A DNA stretch of 24,896 nt from a virus (Duplodnaviria > Caudoviricetes): positions 1 through 24,896 of the IMG/VR virus record IMGVR_UViG_3300030433_000073, one strand, 5' to 3'. Positions 1-6,379 of the stretch are shown in pieces; positions within the stretch are counted from its first letter, which is position 1; each line of letters begins with the position of its first letter. The notes under the pieces were generated by a model that made no database searches, was not told the DNA's origin, and was given only the letters and a program-made list of their open reading frames with translations. The translations under genes and the position numbers were made by a program.

Positions 1-2
1 TA

Positions 3-1205
3 TGGAGACAGCATGGAGGTAATGGTTCTGTATTCATAACTGTCTGTGAAGGAGAGATAGATTGCATGAGTGCTAGTCAGATACAGGGTAATAAGTTTCC
101 CTGTGTATCTATACCATCAGGAGTACAGTCAGCAGCTAAGTACCTAGCAGCTAACTACAAATGGCTTGATAGTTTTTGTCGTATCGTTATCTGTTTTGAC
201 AATGATGAAGCTGGCAACAAAGCAGCAGAGAAATGTATGGAAGTATTACCAAGAGGTAAGGCAGCTATAGCAAGACTAGATCGTAATGATGTAAACGATC
301 ATCTTGTAATAGGAGAAGGAGAGCTAGTTAAAGATAGGCTATGGAAAGCTAGACCAGTAAGACCTGACTCTCTTATCAATGCAGCAGACGCATGGGATTT
401 GTTTACCAAAGAAACAAGTAAAGCTGTATGTGATTTCCCATATCCAAAACTGAATGAATATACAAGAGGTCTGTTTCCTAGTCAGCTATTTACAGTAGCT
501 AGTGGTAGTGGTGCTGGTAAGTCCACGATATGCAGAGAGTTTTGCCATCACTTCTTAACAAAGAATCTCAAGGTAGGTTATATAGGTCTGGAAGAAACAG
601 TACAAAGAACTCTTCAAGGTCTGGTAGGTATTGACTTGAATGTACCTTTACACTTAAATGAAGATGTCATAAAAAAAGAAGAACTGAAGGTTGCGTTTGA
701 TAGGTTGACTTCAACTCGCAACCTCTTTCTTTATAATCACTTTGGCAGTCTTGACCCTGATGTATTGCTAGAACAGATAAGGTATCTGGCAACTGTAGAT
801 AAAGTACAAGTAGTTATCTTAGATCACATATCAATAGTTATGTCTGGTCTTGAACTAGACAATGAACGCAGAGCTATAGATGTAACAATGACTAAGCTTA
901 GAAGTTTATGTGAAGCAACCAACATAGCTTTGATAGTAGTCAGTCATCTACGCAGACCACAGGGGCAGGGGCATGAAGAAGGTAGAGACATATCTGTATC
1001 TGATCTCAGAGGTTCTCACTCTTTAGTACAGCTATCAGATGTAGTGCTTGGTGCATCAAGAAACCAAGTAGGAGATGCTAGTGAAAGGCAGAGACTACAA
1101 CTAAAGGTATTGAAGTCGAGACATACTGGTATGACAGGAGAAGTAGATAAGTTATTGTACGACCAAAAGACAGGTCGGCTTGTTGTCTATGAGGATTTTA
1201 TTTAA
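3..1205 (+). CDS. gp4: T7 gp4-like DNA primase/helicase (5' end lies outside the window)
   Basis: The frame is open from base 3 (WRQHGGNGSVFITVCEGEIDCMS), giving the TOPRIM EGEID motif upstream of the listed ATG at 66. Also present: TOPRIM CFDNDEAG, Walker A SGSGAGKST, and SF4 helicase motifs ILDHIS, VVSHL and DLRGS. Confidence 0.96.
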   Translation, partial: WRQHGGNGSVFITVCEGEIDCMSASQIQGNKFPCVSIPSGVQSAAKYLAANYKWLDSFCRIVICFDNDEAGNKAAEKCMEVLPRGKAAIARLDRNDVNDHLVIGEGELVKDRLWKARPVRPDSLINAADAWDLFTKETSKAVCDFPYPKLNEYTRGLFPSQLFTVASGSGAGKSTICREFCHHFLTKNLKVGYIGLEETVQRTLQGLVGIDLNVPLHLNEDVIKKEELKVAFDRLTSTRNLFLYNHFGSLDPDVLLEQIRYLATVDKVQVVILDHISIVMSGLELDNERRAIDVTMTKLRSLCEATNIALIVVSHLRRPQGQGHEEGRDISVSDLRGSHSLVQLSDVVLGASRNQVGDASERQRLQLKVLKSRHTGMTGEVDKLLYDQKTGRLVVYEDFI

Positions 1206-1207
1206 CT

Positions 1208-1942
1208 ATGACTTTACTTGTTGATGCTGATTGGCTTATCTATTCTTCTTGCTGTGCTTGTGAACAAGACATCAGGTGGACAGAGTGGGAGCATACACTT
1301 CACTCTGATGAAAGAGATATATTAAATCTTATTGATAGCAGACTAGATGTATATAAAGGTATTGCTGAAGAAGATCATGACATAGTTATGTGCTTCACAT
1401 CTTACCCTACATTTCGACATGAGATATTCCCTGAGTACAAGATCAACAGGATAAGTAAACGTAAACCACTAGCACTTAAGACTGTAATCAATCAGGTAAA
1501 ACAAAACTATGAGTCAGTTTCCTATCACAACCTAGAAGGAGATGATGTCATGGCTTTACTTGCAACCAATGGTAAGTACAAGAATCCAATCATAGTATCA
1601 GTTGATAAAGATATGAGGACTGTACCTTGCAAGCTGATTGCTGAAGATACAATCGAACATATCACAGAGAAGAAAGCAAACAGGCATTGGCTAGAGATGT
1701 CACTAGCTGGTGATGCTGGTGATGGCATCATAGGTATCAAAGGTATGGGTATGGTTACAGCCAGCAAAACTCTAATTAATACACCTGATACTCTTGATGC
1801 ACTATGGACTAAGGTATTAGATACTTATACTAAGAAAGGTTACAGTCTTGGTGATGCTATTCTCAATGCAAGACTGACAAGAATATTACGAGAAGGAGAT
1901 TACGATTACAATACAGGAGAAGTAAAACTTTGGAACCCATGA
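1208..1942 (+). CDS. gp6: T7 gp6-like 5'-3' exonuclease
   Basis: Acidic 5'-nuclease motifs LLVDADW, FRHEIFPEYK..R, LEGDDV, SVDKD and GDAGDGIIGIKGMG; C-terminal ARLTRILR..DYD...VKLW as in T7-like exonucleases. Confidence 0.93.
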   Translation: MTLLVDADWLIYSSCCACEQDIRWTEWEHTLHSDERDILNLIDSRLDVYKGIAEEDHDIVMCFTSYPTFRHEIFPEYKINRISKRKPLALKTVINQVKQNYESVSYHNLEGDDVMALLATNGKYKNPIIVSVDKDMRTVPCKLIAEDTIEHITEKKANRHWLEMSLAGDAGDGIIGIKGMGMVTASKTLINTPDTLDALWTKVLDTYTKKGYSLGDAILNARLTRILREGDYDYNTGEVKLWNP

Positions 1943-2012
1943 AGAAACCCCCAAGACGAGTCACTTGTCTCAGGGGTTTCAACGCTTTACCAATGGGTAA
2001 CCACTCCCATTG
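1941..2012 (-). ncRNA. Candidate ~70-nt small RNA (two hairpins joined by a 10-nt linker); alternatively a processing/terminator structure on the + transcript
   Basis: Inverted repeats GAAACCCC/GGGGTTTC (1944-1980, inner AGACGAG/CTTGTCT) and CAATGGG/CCCATTG (1991-2012). A minus-strand extended -10 lies 6-7 nt upstream, and G-U pairing is better on the minus strand. Confidence 0.45.
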
Positions 2013-2017
2013 ATTTA

Positions 2018-2026
2018 ATGATAGCA
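2018..2026 (-). promoter_or_regulatory. Candidate sigma70-type extended -10 promoter (TG-C-TATCAT), antisense to the phage genes
   Basis: The reverse complement of ATGATAGCA is TGCTATCAT, matching TGnTAnnnT. The predicted start (~2011-2012) coincides with the first base of a hairpin. Confidence 0.4.
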
Positions 2027-2033
2027 TAGAATC

Positions 2034-2234
2034 ATGGCGAATCCATTATTACCACCAATCACAGATGATTTGATACAAGGTCTTGATGTTGCATTTCCAC
2101 AACGTCACCCAGACTTGTCATTATCTGATAGAGAGATATGGTATAAAGCAGGGCAACGATTTGTAGTTGACTATCTTATTGAACAACAAAAGAGACAACA
2201 AGAAGCCATGATTAATCAGAGAGTTTTAGATTGA
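2034..2234 (+). CDS. Small conserved phage protein at the T7 gp6.5 position
   Basis: 66 aa, LLPPITDDLIQGLDVAFP..HPDLSLSDREIWYKAGQRFVVDYL, resembling the small protein found ahead of the portal block in T7-like marine phages; synteny. Confidence 0.8.
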   Translation: MANPLLPPITDDLIQGLDVAFPQRHPDLSLSDREIWYKAGQRFVVDYLIEQQKRQQEAMINQRVLD

Positions 2235-2235
2235 T

Positions 2236-2592
2236 ATGTGTATAGGAGGTAGCCCATCTTATGCAGCACCAGCAACACCGCAGCGTGAGACTGCTGCGTT
2301 TCAAGATGCACCACCTGTAGTTACAGGAAAGCAGACAGGTGTAGAGAATCCTAAAGATACAAAGAAAGTTACAGAAGAACTAAAGATAAAGAGACAGAAG
2401 AAAGAAGGAACTTATGTAGATCCAAACCTATCAAGAACAGAAGAATTGTTAACAAGAAGAGGTGGAGGTAACAAAACTGCACAACAAAAAGCTAACCTAG
2501 CTAGAAATAAACAGAAGGCAAAAAATCTAGCAAAGGCTAGAATAAGTAGAAAGTCACGAATGTCTGGCAGTAGATCCAGTAAAAGGAGGTAA
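2236..2592 (+). CDS. Small basic virion protein, gp6.7-position (Met-Cys N-terminus)
   Basis: 118 aa, begins MCIGG, Lys/Arg-rich C-terminus, 1 nt after the previous stop, upstream of the portal. Confidence 0.75.
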   Translation: MCIGGSPSYAAPATPQRETAAFQDAPPVVTGKQTGVENPKDTKKVTEELKIKRQKKEGTYVDPNLSRTEELLTRRGGGNKTAQQKANLARNKQKAKNLAKARISRKSRMSGSRSSKRR

Positions 2593-2594
2593 CT

Positions 2595-2891
2595 ATGTGC
2601 AGAGGTAGACCACCAGCCCCACCACCACCACCACCACCAAGACCTATTCCCCCACCACCAGAGCCAACAGCAGGGAGAGTAGTTACAGGAGGTGACAGAG
2701 TATCAACTCCAACTAGGACTAGACCAAGACCAACTGGTACTGCTGGTACTACTGTGACAGGACAGCAACGTGCAGTTGGTATGACTGCTGGTTCCAGAAG
2801 ATCTACTAGAGCTACAACAGCTAGAAGGCTAGGCACTAGCTCTTTGCGGATTCCTTTATTAAGTACTAGCGATCTAAACTACCCTGTATAA
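2595..2891 (+). CDS. Pro/Thr/Arg-rich small virion or tail-assembly protein, gp7.3-position
   Basis: Perfect SD AAGGAGGT at 2583-2590; begins MCRG; ends RRLGTSSLRIPL, similar to the C-termini of portal-adjacent small proteins in T7-like phages. Confidence 0.8.
   Translation: MCRGRPPAPPPPPPPRPIPPPPEPTAGRVVTGGDRVSTPTRTRPRPTGTAGTTVTGQQRAVGMTAGSRRSTRATTARRLGTSSLRIPLLSTSDLNYPV
2619..2639 (+). repeat. (CCA)7 trinucleotide repeat encoding a polyproline run
   Basis: Seven exact CCA codons in frame, flanked by further CCA codons. Confidence 0.9.
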
Positions 2892-2892
2892 C

Positions 2893-4485
2893 ATGGCTTA
2901 CACTTCATCACAAAAGACAGCAGCATCTTTGTATGCTCTTTACGAGCAAGAAAGATCTATCTTTTTGAGAGAAGCTAGAGATTCTTCAAAGCTTACCTTG
3001 CCTAATCTAATACCAGAAAATGCAAGAGGTACAAGAAGTAAAACTAAAACACCATTCCAAGGTGTAGGTGCTAGAGGTGTCAACTCGTTAGCAGCTAAGT
3101 TGCTGCTTGCTTTGTTGCCACCATCTACTCCTTTCTTCAAGCTGACTATTGATAGTCTTGCCTTGATGCAGCAGGGAGCTAGTGAACAAATGTCTGAGAT
3201 GGACAAAGCTTTAAGGGTAATAGAAAATGCTTTGATGTCTGAGATAGAAGTATCAAACGATAGAGTAGGAATGTTTGAAGCACTCAAGCATCTAATCGTA
3301 GGTGGTAATGTTCTGCTATATCTAACAGACAAAGGACTACAGGTATATCCACTAGAAAAGTATGTGATACGAAGAGATCCTAATGGTAATACTTTAGAAA
3401 TTATTATCAAAGAAACTATAAATGCTCAAGCATTACCAGCAGATTTCTTAGAACTTATAAAGCAGAAAGAACAATACAGCGAAGAGATGGAAGAGGAGTT
3501 GGATATATATACACACGTCAAGAGAGTTAATGATTCTTTCATGTGGCATCAGGAATGTAAGAACGAAAAGATACCAAGCACAGATGGTATGTCTAAGGTA
3601 GATGTCACTCCTTTTATTCCTCTCAGGTTTATCAGACAATCAGGAGAAAGTTATGGAAGAGGATATGTAGAAGAATACAGAGGAGATTTGATTTCTCTTG
3701 AAGCTTTGATGAAAGCAATAATTGAAGCAGCAGCAGCGTCAGCACGCACTTTATTTTTAGTAAATCCCAATGGTGTAACAAGAGCTTCGACTCTAAGCAA
3801 AGCACCTAACGGAGCCATAAGAGAAGGGTTGGCTACAGACATATCTGTTATGCAAGTCAATAAAGGTGCAGATCTACAGACATCTTTCACAGCAGTACAA
3901 AGAATAGAATCAAGACTTGAGTATGCTTTCCTTATGGCAAAGGCAGTACAACGTGACGCTGAAAGAGTTACAAGTACAGAACTCAAGATACTTACTAATG
4001 AATTAGAGAATAGTCTTGGAGGAATCTACTCTATCTTGACCCAAGAGTTTCAACTTGTATATCTCAAGAGACGTATGCACTTACTGGTCAAGTCAGGTAA
4101 AGCACCCAAGCTACCAGACAATATAGTGAAACTTCATATCATTACTGGACTTCAAGGACTTGGTAGAGGACATGATAGAGATAAGCTTATTGAATTTATT
4201 ACGACTGTATCTCAAGCTTTGGGTGGAGATATTATGAGACAGTTCGTGAACCTAGATGAAGCAGTCAAGATGCTTGCTACCTCAATTGGCATTGACAGTA
4301 CGAATCTGATAAAATCACCACAACAGATTGCCGAAGAACAGCAGCAGCTACAGCAGCAAGAGCTTGTTCGATCACTCGGTAGTGCTGCTTTAACTTCACC
4401 TTTGCTTGACCCACAAAACAATGCGAAGGCCGATCAAATACAGGAGCAAATCAATGCCAACCAAGAAGTCCCAATCCAAGAGTAA
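2893..4485 (+). CDS. gp8: Portal (head-to-tail connector), T7 gp8-like
   Basis: 530 aa; PFQGVGARGVNSLAAKLLLALLPP..PFF, GESYGRGYVEEY.GDL.SLE.L, QRDAERVT..E, LGGIYS.L.QEFQ and TGL.GLGRGHD are typical T7-family portal motifs. Confidence 0.97.
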   Translation: MAYTSSQKTAASLYALYEQERSIFLREARDSSKLTLPNLIPENARGTRSKTKTPFQGVGARGVNSLAAKLLLALLPPSTPFFKLTIDSLALMQQGASEQMSEMDKALRVIENALMSEIEVSNDRVGMFEALKHLIVGGNVLLYLTDKGLQVYPLEKYVIRRDPNGNTLEIIIKETINAQALPADFLELIKQKEQYSEEMEEELDIYTHVKRVNDSFMWHQECKNEKIPSTDGMSKVDVTPFIPLRFIRQSGESYGRGYVEEYRGDLISLEALMKAIIEAAAASARTLFLVNPNGVTRASTLSKAPNGAIREGLATDISVMQVNKGADLQTSFTAVQRIESRLEYAFLMAKAVQRDAERVTSTELKILTNELENSLGGIYSILTQEFQLVYLKRRMHLLVKSGKAPKLPDNIVKLHIITGLQGLGRGHDRDKLIEFITTVSQALGGDIMRQFVNLDEAVKMLATSIGIDSTNLIKSPQQIAEEQQQLQQQELVRSLGSAALTSPLLDPQNNAKADQIQEQINANQEVPIQE

Positions 4486-4633
4486 ACCCAGAGATGAAAA
4501 CGGAAAGTTTGTTTCTCAAGAAACAGCTATGCCAAAAGCTATTGTTAGCGAACTAGGTGTTAACGACACACCAGAACCTACTGAACCAAAAGTAGTCAAA
4601 ACAAAAAATGGTCGTACAATAACATTAAACTGA
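4454..4633 (+). CDS. Small hypothetical protein (59 aa, MPTKKSQSKSKPRDENGKF...), overlapping the portal 3' end
   Basis: AGGAG SD at 4442-4446 precedes ATG 4454, a better start than 4406. The ORF fills the portal-scaffold gap and has an RDENGKF motif. Confidence 0.7.
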   Translation: MPTKKSQSKSKPRDENGKFVSQETAMPKAIVSELGVNDTPEPTEPKVVKTKNGRTITLN

Positions 4634-4642
4634 TTACTTACT

Positions 4643-5434
4643 ATGACATCATCACAAGTACAGGCTAATGAAACTCCACCAATGTCTGCTGAAGATATTG
4701 AAAGTTTGAGAGATGAAAATGGACTGATTGCAGGGAAGTTTAAAACTGCTGAAGATATGGTTAAAAGCTACAAAGAATTAGAAGGTAAGCTTGGAGCTAT
4801 AGAACAGACAGAAGAACAATCAGAAGGTACAGAAGAGACAGAACAAAACCAAGAAGAACAGCCATCATTTGATGCTGAAGAATTTTATGGTGATGGTCTT
4901 GCTTCTGTACTAGAAGAAGTTGGGATTGATGTAGAAGATATTACCCAACGATTCTCAGATACAGGTGAAATTAATGAAGATGATTACAGCAAGCTAGGTG
5001 AAGCTGGCTTTTCTAAACAGGTTATAGATACATACCTTGATGGTTTGAGAGGTACAGGTGGATCACCAGAAGATGTGACCATAGCACAATCAAATGAAAT
5101 CAAACAATCTGTAGGTGGAGAAGAAGCTTACAAGCAGCTAGTAGAATGGAGTACAAACAATCTTCCAGAGGAGACATTAAATTCTTTCAATCAACTACTT
5201 GAAACAGCTAATGTACCTGTAATTAAAATCGCAGTTCAAGGACTTAAAGCACAAATGAATGAATCACAAGGCTATGAGCCAGACTTGATTGGTGGTCGTA
5301 CACCTCGTAACGACAACAATCCATTCCAAACAGCAGCAGAGATTACTGCTGCAATGAGTGATCCTCGCTATGGTAAAGATGCAGCATACACCCAAAGTGT
5401 ATATGCAAGAATCGGTAGTTCAGATGTTGTCTAA
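4643..5434 (+). CDS. gp9: Capsid assembly scaffolding protein, T7 gp9-like
   Basis: Very acidic 263 aa; AGKFKTAEDMVKSYKELEGKLG, VGGEEAY..LVEW...NL and C-terminal AAMSDPRYGKDAAY; follows the portal. Confidence 0.93.
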   Translation: MTSSQVQANETPPMSAEDIESLRDENGLIAGKFKTAEDMVKSYKELEGKLGAIEQTEEQSEGTEETEQNQEEQPSFDAEEFYGDGLASVLEEVGIDVEDITQRFSDTGEINEDDYSKLGEAGFSKQVIDTYLDGLRGTGGSPEDVTIAQSNEIKQSVGGEEAYKQLVEWSTNNLPEETLNSFNQLLETANVPVIKIAVQGLKAQMNESQGYEPDLIGGRTPRNDNNPFQTAAEITAAMSDPRYGKDAAYTQSVYARIGSSDVV

Positions 5435-5580
5435 TGGCTAACAAACCAACCAACCCTACTCTTTATGCAAGAGTAAAAGCAGAAGCTAAAAAAAAGTTTG
5501 AGGTTTATCCTTCTGCTTATGCTAATGCGTGGCTTGTAAGAACTTACAAAAAACGTGGTGGTGGCTATAGAAAAGCATGA
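5434..5580 (+). CDS. 48-aa basic micro-protein (not in ORF track)
   Basis: Hand translation: MANKPTNPTLYARVKAEAKKKFEVYPSAYANAWLVRTYKKRGGGYRKA. TAATG overlap with the scaffold stop and ATGA overlap with the next ORF. Confidence 0.85.
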   Translation: MANKPTNPTLYARVKAEAKKKFEVYPSAYANAWLVRTYKKRGGGYRKA

Positions 5581-5729
5581 AGAAACTCTCACTTAGTCAA
5601 ATGAGAACTCTGAAGAAACATTCAGAGCATCATTCTAAAAAGCACATGGATCTAATGAAGAAACTAATGCGTGAGGGTTCTTCATTTAAAGCTGCACATA
5701 CTAAAGCACAAAAAGATGTAGGCAAATGA
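5577..5729 (+). CDS. 50-aa His/Lys/Met-rich micro-protein (not in ORF track)
   Basis: Hand translation: MKKLSLSQMRTLKKHSEHHSKKHMDLMKKLMREGSSFKAAHTKAQKDVGK. ATGA overlaps at both ends. Confidence 0.82.
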   Translation: MKKLSLSQMRTLKKHSEHHSKKHMDLMKKLMREGSSFKAAHTKAQKDVGK

Positions 5730-5968
5730 GTCTTACTAGATGGTTTAAAGAGAAGTGGGTAGACGTAAAAACTGGCAAACCTTGTGGTCGTCAGAAGGGA
5801 GAGAAACGTGCTGGCTACCCTGCTTGTAGACCATCAAAAAGAGTTAGTAGTAAGACTCCTAAGACTACAAAAGAAATGACTAACAGAGAAACTCTTAAGT
5901 TTAAGAGAACAAAGGTAAGCAAGAAAAGAATAAACTACAATCACAAAAGACGACAAGCAACTGCATAA
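5726..5968 (+). CDS. 80-aa basic protein (DUF5872-like by recollection)
   Basis: LTRWFKEKWVDVKTGKPCGR...YPACRPSKRVSSKTPKT; ATGA-coupled to the upstream ORF. Confidence 0.85.
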   Translation: MSLTRWFKEKWVDVKTGKPCGRQKGEKRAGYPACRPSKRVSSKTPKTTKEMTNRETLKFKRTKVSKKRINYNHKRRQATA

Positions 5969-5969
5969 G

Positions 5970-6004
5970 TGTTATATTTTATTTAACTACTCTTACTCGT
6001 AGTT
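5970..6004 (+). promoter_or_regulatory. Candidate extended -10 promoter (TG-T-TATATT) followed by a 5' hairpin
   Basis: TGTTATATT at 5970-5978. The AACTAC/GTAGTT inverted repeat (5985-6004) begins at the expected start site and ends just before ATG 6006. Confidence 0.45.
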
Positions 6005-6005
6005 C

Positions 6006-6266
6006 ATGTCTCGTGCATCTTTATCTCTCAGAAAATCTGACAAGAATCCTACAGGAGGACTGTCTGAACGTGGGAGAAGAAGAATTAATGCAGCTACAGG
6101 TTCAAAGTTGCAACGGCCTGTCACTAAAAAAAGTGGACTGACACCTAGAGAAAAGGCTCGTAAGAAATCCTTTTGTGCAAGAATGTCAGGAGTGAAAGGG
6201 GCTATGAAGGATAGTAAGGGCAGACCAACACGCAAGGCTCTTGCATTACGCAAGTGGAATTGCTGA
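6006..6266 (+). CDS. 86-aa basic protein (DUF6321-like by recollection)
   Basis: KNPTGGLSERGRRRINAATGSKLQRPV...RKKSFCARMSG...RKALALRKWNC; very Arg/Lys-rich; same strand as its neighbours. Confidence 0.85.
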   Translation: MSRASLSLRKSDKNPTGGLSERGRRRINAATGSKLQRPVTKKSGLTPREKARKKSFCARMSGVKGAMKDSKGRPTRKALALRKWNC

Positions 6267-6379
6267 TACTTCTAACAACAAATCAAAAAAACTTAGTGCC
6301 TGATACGTCAGATAACGCTTTGAAAAACGATTACGAAAAGAAGTAACCCTATTATTAATCTTTATTCAAGGAGTTTAGA
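6267..6379 (+). promoter_or_regulatory. Structured 5' leader and RBS of the major capsid gene
   Basis: Nested pairings TACTTCT/AGAAGTA (6267-6273/6339-6345), TCAA/TTGA, AGTG/CGCT and CTGA-TACG-TCAG (6300-6311); SD AAGGAG at 6368-6373. Confidence 0.55.

Noticed and set aside
2537-2836. 99-aa Gly-rich minus-strand ORF
   Set aside because: Antisense shadow of the CCA/Pro-rich + strand gene, which has a perfect SD and fits the gene order.
4320-4362. CAG-rich tract in the portal gene
   Set aside because: Ordinary Gln-rich C-terminal helix of T7-like portals.
4406-4453. Listed start of the 75-aa ORF at 4406
   Set aside because: Non-ATG start deep in the portal gene; ATG 4454 has an AGGAG SD at proper spacing.
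5993-6253. 86-aa minus-strand ORF
   Set aside because: Fully opposite the better-supported + strand ORF 6006-6266.
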